Positions 25,301 to 39,373 of a stretch of 42,612 nucleotides of DNA are shown here, piece after piece; within the stretch, counting starts at the first letter, position 1, and each line of letters starts with the position of its first letter. The translations under genes and the position numbers were made by a program. The notes under the pieces were generated by a model, which was not told the DNA's origin, did not search any database, and saw only the letters and a list, made by a program, of their open reading frames with translations. Location of the stretch: NCBI GenBank assembly GCA_905331295.1, contig CAJNYD010000507.1:1-42612 (forward strand), written 5' to 3'. This stretch comes from Rotaria socialis. Its lineage: Eukaryota.

Positions 25301-28076
25301 AGAGCTTTTAGAAAATGACCTCGACAAATTAGTGTTACTAGTTTGAAATGAAACGAGTTTTTTTTTTATATCTTTTAGTGAACAATTAATCTGTATTGGT
25401 CTGTTTGGTCGACATATAATTGATTATTCGCTACCATTATTAATACGTTTATTAATGGATCGGACAAAAAAATTATACGATCTAATGAATAATAGTTCAT
25501 CAAATATTAATACAAATAATTTAGATCAAATCAATGACGATTTACATTGGTTACTATTGATATCCGGTCATGTTTTAACAGAAGAGTATGATTCTGATGA
25601 ACAAAAAACAATACCGGAAGCTGTGATGAGTTTCTCTAGTCAACAAGTTCAATACTGTGATTTAAATAAATCTGTTCAAATAGCTCAACATGTACTTCAA
25701 CAATCACAATTAGATTTAAGTGAAGAAATCATGCGTGGTGTTAGCCCTGTTACACAATGGTGAACTTAAAGCGAGATCATTCAAAAATATAAAATTCGAT
25801 TGTTTTTATTTTTCTAGTTTAGTAGCTGTATTGAAATTATCGGAAACTGAACGATTATTTTCCAGTCATGGACAGTTTGAATATATTAGTGTTCAAGTTG
25901 CTGTTAGTCTTACTTGGTTTATTCGACGATTGGCTGCAAATTATTTAGGTTTCGATGAACAATCATATAAAGATGGTAAATCTTAATATTTGATCGTTAT
26001 TGATAAAGAAAAGTAATCTGATCGAAAAGACCATTTTATATTTGAGAACATGTTATATTTGTTAAATCTAGAAAAACTTCAATGCCAGTCAATATTATAA
26101 AACTACTTTAAAATATATAATTCAACTGTAGAAAGAAAAAAAAATTCGATATCTATTTCATAAACTTTAGTTGAATTATTGAATAGTTGACAGAAATATA
26201 CTTACTCAACGATAAGATACATTTACAACAGTTAATAATTTCTTTACAAAAATTTATTTTATTGACGAAAATTATCTATCAAATAATATTAATTACAATG
26301 AACATGTTTCACTATTTCAATAGATTTGATTAATATTTTTTTTGTTCTAGTCAGTCAAACTTTATCAATGTTACTTGGCAAAGGAAGTGAAATGTTAGAA
26401 TTTTTAACAAATTATTTTCTATCAAAAGTAGTAATAAATTTACAAATGTGGGCATCTGAAAGTGATGTTATTAAAGAAACAGGTATGAATGCAAAAACAA
26501 CAAAAATTTCAATTTTATTCAATACCTCTTTGCATTTTATCTAGCCGATCTATTTGTAACATTGTCAATGAAAAAAGATTCATCATTGATCATAATAAGA
26601 AATGATTTATTTTGGACTCTAGCAAATGATGTTATAACAAATCAAATGCCTATACAATTAATAAATGAAGAATATAAACGTTCATTAATTAAAGGTATAA
26701 CATGTTCATGTTTAAATAATACATCGGATGAATGTCGTTTACATTTTGATCGTTCAATATTTCAAATTCTTAATCAACGTTTACAAGCGATTGTTGAATC
26801 AATTCATACATTAATTGAGCAAATTAAATTAAATACTAGTAATAAAACTCATTGTACAAATGCATTACAAACATTTTATACTGAAAATGTTTTAAGTCAA
26901 ATAAGTACATTAATTAATTCATATTGTGGATTAATTGAAGGTGGTTCACGTTGCTCATCTGAACAAATAACATATTTATTTGAACATAGTCAACAAACAT
27001 TGCAATATATACTTGATTTATTTGATTTTTATCACAATTATTGTGATCAAGTACAAATTATACTTGAATTATTTTCCTTATATGCTGAACATGTTTTAGT
27101 ATATTTGAATCAAAATCATACGAAAGCTTTTTATACATATGTACTAAGATTATTAGAGATATTTACCAAATGTAATTATGGTAAAAAGACACGAGAAGTT
27201 AATGCCGATGAAGATTTCAATGCACATATTTATACATTACTCAATTGTTTGAATCATCTTCTAGCAAAAGATTTTATTGATTTTTCCAATGAAAATTCAT
27301 CCAATCCGTAAGTTCTTTTGTTTTCTAACTGATCCTTAACGTCAGTATATTCATTGTTCGGTCTCCAGTCGTTACCTTTATGATTTTCTCAGTTTTTTGT
27401 TTATGATTATCAAATATATATTTGACGTGGATATTGAATTATATGAATTTATTTTTGTTGTAGAGAAGTTAATGTCGGTGATGTTATTCTATATGGTTTA
27501 ATAATTTGTTTACCATTAATTCAATCAGATAATCTATTGAAAATACCTTCTATTAGTTTATGCTACTATAAACTTGTATCATCATTATGTGAACAACATT
27601 CGGAATGTTTATTTCGTTTACTTAATCAAGATCAGTATTCCATATTTTTATCAACTATAAAATCGGGTCTTGATAATTATGACAATGAAATATGTAAAAT
27701 GTGTTTAGAAACCATTCAAAGTTTAGCATTATATACAATAAAACAGCAAAAACTAAATCAAACTAATGAAAAATCGAAATATTTAGAACATTTTCTTGAT
27801 TATCTTCTACAAGAAACTGTAATAACAACAACAACATTATCTGATTTATTCGATACACTTGCTGGAACGATCTATACTTTAATATGTGCATATTCAAATC
27901 AATTTTATCAGTTTCTTGGACAAATGAAACAATATGACGAAAATTTATCGATAATTATTGATAAATTAGCCAATGATATTGGACAAAAACCTGATTATAA
28001 TCGAAAAGCAAAATTATCGTTTACTGTTAAATTTGAATCGTTTGTTACAAATCTTAGAAGAATTATGAAAAAATAA
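22366..28076 (+). CDS. XPO4: Exportin-4 (importin-beta family), multi-exon
   Basis: N-terminus VLEDAAQIFL..ERRREAEK/VFLQFRRS..YVVYQTLTALREGIVKEW, plus WRPPVSWK, EDDRDLF, DDLHWLLLISGHVL, HLLAKDFIDFS, VILYGL and YYKL. Confidence 0.9.
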
Positions 28077-28279
28077 TTAGATACACTTTTTGTTAAAATT
28101 TATTCATTTGTTATGTTTTTTTCTTTTTTTTAATTAAAAATTCCGTAAAAAAACATTCTTTGAATGATTTTTGTTTAATATATTGAAGATTCTATGTTTT
28201 TTTCATCCTATAATCAGACATTCTATCTATAAATCTATTTTGGAATATTGTTTTATTTTAGATACTTTAGTTAACCTAT

Positions 28280-29291
28280 ATGTTTTCGTTGTTAATTATT
28301 GTTTCTAGTATTTTTTATCAATCATATCGAATAGTAGCATTTAACAGCAATATGGCGTGGCGCTCATCAGGTGTATCCCATCAAGAATTAATCGAAAATT
28401 TATATAGAAATGGTTTAATTAAAAGTCAACGTATCAAAGAAGCAATGCTAAGAACCGATCGAGGAGACTTCACTGATCGTACATTCGACGCCTATGATGA
28501 TCGACCTCAACCAAGTATTTTTGATAAAAATGAATTTTTTTAATCAATGAACTTTAATTTTCTTTTCTAGTTGGTTATGCGGTAAGTTCATATAGATTGG
28601 CTCTAAACAATCTATGAGTTTTATTTAACTCGACAATTTCTAGGTAACAATCAGGTGAGTTATTTTTACTAATACAAAAAAAAGAATCATTGTTTAAAAT
28701 TTTTAATACGTTTTCATTATTAGTGCTCCACATATGCATTGTTTTGGTTTGGAAATTCTTAAAGATCAATTGAAGCCTGGTATTTATTCCTTGTAATTAT
28801 TTTGACTAATTTTGGTTTTACATTGATTAGGTGCTAAAGTTCTTGATGTTGGTTCTGGTTCTGGATATTTGACAGCATGCATGGCTCGTTTAGTTCATCC
28901 GGGTGGTAAAGCAATAGGCGTTGATCATATTCAAGAACTCGTTGACAAATCAATAGTTAATATTAAAAAAAATAATAAAGATTTATTCGACGAAGGTATT
29001 ATAGAAATTCATAAAAGTGATGGTCGACAAGGTTATGCAACTGAAGCACCATACGATGCAATTCATGTCGGCGCAGCTGCGCCTGATACTCCACATGAAC
29101 TCATTCGTCAACTTAAAGTCGGCGGAAGACTTGTATCACCTGTTGGTAGTACATTTGGTCAAGAAATGATAACATACGATAAAAAAGCTGATGGATCCTA
29201 TGAGGAAAAAAGACATATGGGCGTCATGTATGTCCCGTTAACCGATGAAAAACAGCAATATGCAAGTGCTGGAATACGAAAAGACCTATAG
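28280..29291 (+). CDS. PCMT1: Protein-L-isoaspartate O-methyltransferase, 5 exons, canonical start at 28352
   Basis: Exons 28280/28352-28514, 28571-28581, 28644-28654, 28724-28779 and 28831-29291 give MAWRSSG..PQPIGYAVTISAPHMH..VLDVGSGSGYLTAC..APYDAIHVGAA..GVMYVPLTD. Confidence 0.95.
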
Positions 29292-29416
29292 ATGACACTT
29301 TGCTATATTCTATTTTCTTTATTTCACTAAAGATGCTAATGTTTGATATGCCTTTCTTTCTAAATTGTAACATAATCCAGCATGTTTCATGTTCTCGGTT
29401 GCTTTAGATTAGTATC

Positions 29417-30492
29417 ATGCTAACGAGACGTGCTGTATCATTATTACTTTCGACAACAAATTGTCGTTTTTTTCAAACAAGCATTATTGTTAATGCAAGT
29501 CAACAACAAAATTCTACAACAACTTATGATAAATCTGTTTATGATTCAACACGAAAAAACTTGTATATTAACAGTGAAACACGAGTAATATGTCAAGGTT
29601 TTACTGGTAAACAAGGAACATTTCATTCTCAACAAGCTCTTGCCTATGGAACAAAATTAGTCGGTGGCGTTAGTCCAAAAAGGGCTGGTGCTAAACATTT
29701 AGATTTACCAGTATTTAAAACTGTGCATGATGCTATGAAAGAAACGGGTGCAACAGCGACAGTTATCTATGTTCCACCACCGGGTGCAGCTGAAGCTATT
29801 CTTGAAGCTCTCGATGCTCGTATAGGTTTAATTGTGTGTATAACAGAGGGTATTCCACAGCATGATATGGTTAAAGTTAAACATCAACTTGTCAGACAAA
29901 ATAAATCACGTCTTGTTGGGCCAAATTGTCCAGGTGTTATTGGTAAGTGTTACTGTCTTATTGAAGACTGTGTACATGTGAATATTTAGCACCTGGCAAA
30001 TGTAAAATTGGAATCATGCCGGGTCATATACATCGACCAGGTCCAATAGGTATTGTTTCACGTAGTGGCACATTAACTTACGAAGCTGTACATCAAACAA
30101 GTCAAGTTGGTCTTGGTCAATCATTATGTGTTGGTATCGGCGGTGATCCATTTAATGGTACTGATTTTATTGATTGTTTAGATTTATTTATAAATGATCC
30201 ATCTACGAAGGGCATTATTCTTATTGGTGAAATTGGTGGTAATGCTGAAGAAGCAGCTGCTGAATATCTTAAAGCAAATAATATTGGATCAAAGGCTAAA
30301 CCTGTCGTTGCTTTTATTGCCGGACAAACAGCTCCACCTGGCCGTCGTATGGGCCATGCTGGTGCTATTATTAGTGGAAAATCTGGTGGTGCTGAAGGAA
30401 AAATTCAAGCATTAAAAGATGCAAAAGTTACTGTTAGTGATTCTCCTGCCAAAATGGGACAATTAATGCATAAATTAATGAAAGGCGAATAA
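29417..30492 (+). CDS. SUCLG1: Succinate-CoA ligase alpha subunit, mitochondrial, with one 47-nt intron (29943-29989)
   Basis: Presequence-like N-terminus, [31 protein letters not shown] and RMGHAGA (phospho-His). Confidence 0.97.
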
Positions 30493-30811
30493 TAATCTTT
30501 TAGTCAAAAATTAAAAACAAAAATAATTACACAAGTCTTACTAAAGCTATACGTGCATCGTTTTATCTTAAAAAGATAATCATATATAGTAGTTTTTCTT
30601 TTTCTCTCTCGTACTCTTTATATTCTCCAATTTTTTTATTGTTTGTTTAAACGGACGGTAGAGTAGAATGCTCTTGAGTTTATCAGATATGGCAATGTCG
30701 TGTTTTTTTGTGTTGTTTTTCTATATATGAAATCGAAAAAAAGGAGAAAGAAAAATAACTGTTATATTTTCTTCATCAGCACATGTTATTATTTTCTGTC
30801 GCATGCTGAGT

Positions 30812-30841
30812 GGTGATGATGATGATGATGATGATGGTGAT
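30812..30841. repeat. (GAT)n microsatellite
   Basis: ggtgatgatgatgatgatgatgatggtgat. Confidence 0.85.
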
Positions 30842-31161
30842 TAAAAGAAGGCATTCGTGCGATAGTGGTCTGTTTTCTGTTCTGTTTTACATCGTACTAT
30901 CGACGGTGTCGTTGTCATTCTTTCTTTTCTTCATTGCTTACGATCAAAAGAAAAGAAAAAGAGACCCTTAATATAAATCGAGTAAAGGTGAAGTTGTTTC
31001 AAAAACATATTTGGCTTCTTATAAGCGAATGTTGAAAAAAAAATTCTGTATTCTTTTGGCAAAAAACCTCCATCCGTCAATCTTTTTCATAGAAGCTTTA
31101 TTCAAGTACAAATTATTCTGTTGTTTTCTCGATTTGTTCATTTTTTTAGATCAATCTAAAA

Positions 31162-32181
31162 ATGGCTTCAAATGGTACATCATCAAATTTTTCAACCAAC
31201 ACAACCCAAACAACATCAAAAAATAAAGATGATATTCTAAGTGAGATTCTAACGTGCGGTATTTGTCTATCGCGTATGTCATTACCTTGTTGTCTTCCAT
31301 GTGCACATTCATTTTGTCGTGGATGTTTACTGGGCTATGCGCAAAACAATAATATGAATACTTCAACTCCAATAAATTATATTCTTTGTCCATTTTGTAA
31401 ATTTCAATTAAATTTTCGTTCATTCGAACACTTTGAATCTATGCTAATTATTAATCCAACGCTTAAACAATTATGTGAAGCACTCGATACATCCGTTTTA
31501 AATTCTGAACAGTCTCAATCTCAAACAAATAGTCCATATAGGGCACGATGCCATGCATGCTGTTTACTTAAAATGCTTAAAGTTTGTAAACATTGTTTTT
31601 TTATGCTTTGTGATATATGTCGACGAACACACTTACTTGAAGTACATCGTGAAAGTAAAGCACACTTGGATATACTTGAATCACGATTATATTTAATTAA
31701 TGAAAAACGTCTGCAAATGGATAAAATCTCATTAGAATATGATAATATTAGATGTCAAATTAATGCGTTTGTTGAAAGATTGTTACATGTGATAGAAGAA
31801 CAACGTGATGATGCATTACGTATAATTGATGAACGACAACATTCAAATGATGAAGCTTTTTGGACACAAAATGGATTTGATAATGGTGAAAAGTTAGATT
31901 TTTTTATTTCATTGCTTGAAATTGGACAAAAAAGGTTGGCAGCAAAAAATATAACTGATAAGGAACTCATGGATTTATTTGATAATTTACAAACAATACC
32001 TGATATCGATGAAAAAGTAATTGAATCCATGAATTTTTCTCAGCTATCTTTAGAACTTGATGAAGCTTGTTCCAGAAAACAATTTATTCGTGTTTATGAT
32101 ACCGATGTATCACCAATGAAAACAGCTAATTTTGATGAAACAACTAATAATAGTGAACAGCCAGATTGTGTTGAAACATAA
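31162..32181 (+). CDS. RING-HC plus Cys/His (B-box-like) plus coiled-coil TRIM-like E3 ligase, intronless CDS
   Basis: CGIC..LPCAHSFCRGC..CPFC RING, then CHAC..CKHC..CDIC..H..H cluster and a helical C-terminal half. Confidence 0.85.
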   Translation: MASNGTSSNFSTNTTQTTSKNKDDILSEILTCGICLSRMSLPCCLPCAHSFCRGCLLGYAQNNNMNTSTPINYILCPFCKFQLNFRSFEHFESMLIINPTLKQLCEALDTSVLNSEQSQSQTNSPYRARCHACCLLKMLKVCKHCFFMLCDICRRTHLLEVHRESKAHLDILESRLYLINEKRLQMDKISLEYDNIRCQINAFVERLLHVIEEQRDDALRIIDERQHSNDEAFWTQNGFDNGEKLDFFISLLEIGQKRLAAKNITDKELMDLFDNLQTIPDIDEKVIESMNFSQLSLELDEACSRKQFIRVYDTDVSPMKTANFDETTNNSEQPDCVET

Positions 32182-35108
32182 ATGTATTATTTCTATTTCT
32201 TTTTTAATTGTTTTCGACTTTCTTTGTTCAAAAAAATATACATAAATAAATAAATAAAAACATAAATGAATATAATTATAACTGTAAATCGATTAATACT
32301 AGAACATATTTATCTCAAGATATTTATTAGTTTTTCGTTTCACCTTGAAATTTGATCATCTGTTTGCTTTAAAAAAACATTCGTTGTCATTCCACATAAT
32401 TCATAATCAATCTGCGGTTTTTGAAAGACAAAAATATGTCTGGACCAACCTTTTCACTTTAAATGTTCGTAAGTATTTGCACACACATGTTCATTTCATA
32501 GTCTTATCCAAAATGGTTACATCATGGGACTTTTCAGACGATTGAAATATGATGGCAATATTATTTTCTACGTAATTAGTACCAAATCCATAAGTGTTAC
32601 TCTACGAAATAGTGTTTGGGACTTTTCAAATAGACACTTATCTTCTTATCTGATAAGGTGTTTTGCTCTTCATTCTTTAGGTTGTGTATGGCTGAAAAAG
32701 GCAGTCTCCATTGAAATTGATTCGATTGATTGATGTTCGCATAAAATAGAAAAAAATGCGTCGTAATGTTTAAGACGAAGAAAAAATTCATTCCAAAATG
32801 TAAAGACAATGCAAACAAAGATGTTGTTTTGCAGAACTTGTGTTTTATGGATGATCATTACAATGTCAATTCCATAATGTATGAATAATATATATTGAAT
32901 AGCAATCTCAGTTGTTTTATTCCGTGACAAGCATTCACTGATGATGATTTATAGACTAAATACGTCTAATACGAATTTAATAATCGTTTCTCTCACGTCT
33001 TAACCCTTTATATTATATAAACGAATGCGAAATTATTATGAAGTCGTTGTACGTATATAATTATTTCTTACAGAAATAATAAAGTAATTCTAGCAATGAC
33101 TTCTCATCCGTCACCGTAGGGTGAATATATCTGTATACTATTAGTTAGTTCTTGGTTATGAAGAATTTCCCACGACTAGTACAGGAGATGTTTTTAGTCA
33201 ACATCATCAAGTATGAATATTTTATTGAGTGTTATATTTTTCTTTCAGGTGGCTAATCCAGTCTTATGCCGTACTATTTTCTTTCTCGATAGTACTAAAT
33301 GGATTTCAAATTTTCGACGACAAAAAAACCATATCATACTGTATTTAAATAGCTTTCAAATATTGCCAGCATATCTGGATCGGATGCCTTTGATAAAATG
33401 CGATCAGCTTGACTTTTTCACATCAGTTAAAATACACATATCATTTTACTGCCTTTCTCATCTGTATGTGCATCTTGATATTGAATAACGGTTGAGTGTT
33501 GTGTACGACAATAGATTTAAATGAAAACATGGATATGATGTTTTAAATTAGGTTTTAATTAAATAATAATTGGAACTTTTCAATCAAATAGACTAAATCA
33601 TGGAATGAAAAATCAAGTTGTACAATTAGTAATTGAAAATTTAAAAAGAAGGGAGACATAAATCATCATCGGAAATGACTAGAGCTAACAACCGATCGTC
33701 ATCATTTGCATGCATCGTTGAGAAACTGTGTAAATTTATTGTTCATATATATTCATGTTACACATGTATCGCTTCAGTCAAAAACTTCCGAAACATTATT
33801 GATTGAAAAGATATCGCTTGATGCGGTTGCTATAAAAATAGCTGTGAAAAACTCAACAACAAAAAAAACTCAAATACAAATCTATCGTAAAAATTAATTA
33901 TAATTGCTATTTTTCAATTTCAATCGCAAAGGATAATATTATCCTTCATAAGTAACACCATACAACTTCGTCTCGCAAATGTATTTATAGAACGGGTCGT
34001 TTTCTACAAAATCAAACGTGAACAAGTTGTTTCATGAACGCATTTTTATTTTTATTATTCTTGTACAAAAATTTTTAGGTTCAAAAATAGTGAAAGGTCT
34101 GAAAAAAAATTCACTAGTTTTCGATAGAGATACTTTCAGATTTAGCATCGTTTTGGTATCATTAATTAAAGTGATTGTATTTCTGGATTTCGATTGCACA
34201 ATAAGAGGCGTGACTATTTTGCAATTTAATTTATGAAAATAATTTTAGAAATAAATTTATTCAAAAATTGTTGAAAATATTCTTTTGAATGTCAATTGGA
34301 TAAGTGATTAAATATTTATATATTCATGCATCGTAACCATGAAGAGAAAAAAGAATCATTTTTCTCGGTGTATTTAAACACTTTCCATTTTGCGTAGTTT
34401 CTCAATTTTGTTGTTAGCTTAAATTCTATCTTTTGGATTAGAGAATCAGTTGGATAATTTACTTTTTTCATTTGAAATTGAAAGTTGACTCTTTACTTTT
34501 TCTATTGAGCTATATAACATACGGCCTTGTTAGTTTTTTCCTCTCAAATTTCTATTTTTACGCACCTATGTCAAAAAATTCGGCTCATATTTTTAATCTC
34601 ATTATGTATTGCTACGTTGTCAAATCAAGGAACCCGTCACTCAATGTGGCACTGCCAATCAATTGATGTCTTCTGTTTTTGTTTTGTTTTGTTTTTAATC
34701 ATCGTCAATAAACATCTTTTTGTTGTATTGTTTTATAAGAAAGCTGCTTCGTTTTCTTTTTCTTTAATATTTGTTTGATTCTCGTCGCAACCATGGTTTT
34801 TATTAGACAAAAGAAAAAAGAGAAAAAGAGAATTTTTCCTGTTCGTTTGACTTTTTTTTTCAGTGTGAAACCAATCATACAGAAAGAGCTCATAGAGGTA
34901 AATAAATTGGATAGCGATAAGTTTTAGTGTGGCATAGAAGAGACTTCTTTTTCGGTATTGAATTTGCAAGAAACAATCATTTTCTCTCGAATCAAACAAA
35001 GGAATTCAACAGAAAAATCGCTTTCATTTTTTTATGAGTTAAAAATTAAAATTATACAGCAAATGCTTGTGTATGTGATGTTTATTTTTCGTAGATTTCT
35101 ATTCGAGC

Positions 35109-36724
35109 ATGGCTAGTAGTTTAGATGAACGCACCGATCCATTCGCTGACCTTGAATATCATGTAACAAATCTGAAATTAACACAAAATACAGTAAATCG
35201 AAATTCTGGCCTAAATTTAGTGAGCAGACAACCAACTTCCAAAGCGGTACAACTCAAAGCAGAAAATCATGATTTATGGCTTCAGAATGAACACTTAGGC
35301 GAAGAAAATGGTGCGCTAGCTAGTGAACTGGTTAAATTACAAGATAAACATGATAAACTAATGTATCTGGCACGTAATCGTCTTGGTGAAATACGTTCAA
35401 AATATCAAAAACTTGAACAAGATAATCAAACATTAAAAACTGAATTCGATCGATTAATACGTGAATATGAAATAACGAAAAGACTTATTATAGATTATCG
35501 ACGGATGGAAGAACGGTAAATAGAATTACCAAGAGTGGTTTTTTTCTAACTTAATCTTTTCGACTTTTTATAATTTTGTTTTTCATTACATAGTTTTAAA
35601 GCGACTGATCGTGAAATGCGTCTAATGATTGATTCATTGACACGTAATAATGAAGAATTAAAAGGACACAATCAAACGTTAATAAATGAAATTGAATTAC
35701 TAAAAGAAAAATATTATATTGCTAAACAAAATTTAGAAAAAACAATGCACGAAGCAACAACACTGAAAGAAGAATTGACTAAGGCTGTCTATGCTCGTGA
35801 TTCATTGGAAAAAGAAAGTGCTCGTTTAAGTGTCAAAGTAAGTGAATTAGCTACTGGTAAAAAGTCAGCTGAAGAAAAACTAGATGCATTAACAGATCGT
35901 ACAAATAATTTACAAGTTGATTTAAGACGGTAAATAATTAAAAATAATATTAATACAAAATCTCAATAAATAAACAAACACACAATATATTGATTTTAGT
36001 TCGGAAGCTAATGCTGCGATGTTACAAGAACGTTTTACGTTAGTAAGAAATGAACGTGATGCTTTAGATGTTGACAGTAAAAATAAATTAACGATGTTAA
36101 TACAAAAACTTAAAGAATTTCAAATACAAAATAAATCAGCTATGGAACAATTGCATACACAAAGTAAACAATGCGATCATTTAAATGGCGAAAATAAACA
36201 ATTGCTTGACTATGTAGTAAGTAGAAAATAAACAAAATACTGGTATAGAATGAAAGTTATTTCTTTCGTTTATTTTTGTATTTTAGAATGGTTACCGTAA
36301 GGAAAATGACCTACTCGCTAAACAACTTGTGTCGGTTAATACAAAACAAAAACGTTTAGCACTTGAACTTGAAAATTTGAAATCGGCTGATGCTTTCATG
36401 AAAAACGAGGAAGCAATGAAAATGCAAGATGCTTTAGTTGGCTTAACTGATCAGTTAACACAATTACGTAAAATGCATGCTCATACACTTGCTGAAAATC
36501 AACGTATTAAAGAATTACTAATTGAAAAAGATTCAGTTTTATCGAGTTTGGGCTATGAACGTCATCAATTACAAGACAAAATGGTGAAAAATGAACACAC
36601 AATCCGACAAATGGAACGAATGCTGCCTGGAAGCGCTGCTAGAGCTAAACAATCATCATTGGACACAAGAAAAACAACTTTAACAAACAATCCATATTCA
36701 TTCGACAATGTGCTTGAATCTTGA
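35109..36724 (+). CDS. Uncharacterised long coiled-coil protein, 4 exons
   Basis: Four consecutive heptad-rich (E/K/L/Q) ORFs joined by ~70-80 nt GT-AG introns. Confidence 0.8.
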
Positions 36725-36738
36725 ATATATTTCTATCC

Positions 36739-36775
36739 GAGTGTGTGTGTGTGCGTGTGTGTGTGTGTGTGTGTG
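36739..36775. repeat. (GT)n microsatellite
   Basis: gtgtgtgt.. with one gc interruption, just after the coiled-coil stop. Confidence 0.9.
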
Positions 36776-37025
36776 AATGTATCTCTAGATTTTTCTTTTT
36801 TAAAAAACTTTTCTCTCATTTTATTTTTTGTATACAGAAGAAAAATGCAGTTTCATTAGAATTACCTTGTCGTCGTTTCATTGGACTTTGGGTTTTTTGC
36901 TGACAAAATATCAGCAATGGAAAAAAAAAGACAAATGACAATGATGGTGCAAGTAAATAGTGACAAGGCGCTTCACTGTGGGAGATATAGATACAGGCAC
37001 ATGTGCGGAATAAGATAAGCACGAG

Positions 37026-37065
37026 TATAAATAGCTGGGCAAAAGTTTCAATTGAATAGCAGTTT
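37026..37065 (+). promoter_or_regulatory. TATA box and initiator-like element of the cathepsin L gene
   Basis: TATAAATA at 37026-37033 and cagtt at ~37060, followed by a short noncoding exon and a 5' UTR intron (gtaagt 37092 to ag 37156). Confidence 0.65.
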
Positions 37066-37156
37066 CTCTTCTTGTATTTTACATTACCAAGGTAAGTTAA
37101 AAACGACCAAAATTTAAGTTTGTGATTATCTAGATAACACTTTTATTTCAATATAG

Positions 37157-38481
<1,325 letters not shown>

Positions 38482-39373
38482 AGACATATTTCAATTTTTT
38501 TCCGATTCTTTTTTCTTCATGATGCTATTTTTTATTGTATTCTAAAACTAACGATAACATCATAACAATAAAATAAAATAAAAAGGAATTATTACATATA
38601 TCAATGCCTTTATAAATATTCATTTAATTATTCATTTATAGGCGAATGTCAAAATGAGACATCTCACATATATTATTTCTTCAATAAACAAATCCCATTG
38701 AGACATATATCTAATTGAAATTCGTCTATTTTTTTATCATTGACAGTGATCGCAAGCAAATATAATGCATTCTTTTTTCATGTGTTTTTTGAATGAAACA
38801 ATTCACATTGGGCGATAAAAAGAAGAATACGAGCGGAAGAATTCTTTGCTCATCAACAATGCTATATATTCTCCATAGATTTCCTATTTATTATTTTTGA
38901 ATAAGAAAAATATCTAAGTGGCATATTGTCTTCTATTACTCATCATCGCTTACGATCTATTCTTCAATGCCAAACGGAAAGAACAGGAAACCGGCTCTTC
39001 AGTCTCCCATGATCATCGAACAGTAATAACAGTTGCATTGTTCATATCGCGTTACATACAAAGACGTGCGTGTCTCAAATTTTGGTGAGTAGAAAAAAAT
39101 AAGATATAAAAAAGCTTACAGTGAAAATAGATATTGTTTTGAAAATATCAAGTTAGATATATATGTTTCTTTTAAAAATTTTCATATCTACTGTTTATTC
39201 AATCATAGCTAGATTGAATTAGTTAGTCATCTGTCCATATAAACTTACGAATAGCGAGAGAAAATTGATTCCTCTGGCATACAAAATAGAACGGCAATAA
39301 ATGTAATTACTAATCTGCTACGTGCATACGACTAGAAATCATTTTTTTTTTGGAATAGAATATCGCTGATATA

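Noticed and set aside
32345..34999. Numerous 60-90 aa ORFs
   Set aside because: They are low-complexity F/I/L/K-rich chance ORFs in AT-rich intergenic DNA, many with non-ATG starts.
37084..37097. TTACCAAG|GT (also ttaccaagag near 35526) resembling, from memory, the end of a rotifer spliced leader
   Set aside because: Only 8-10 nt match, and both are explained as an ordinary 5' UTR exon and intron sequence. No SL RNA gene is supported.
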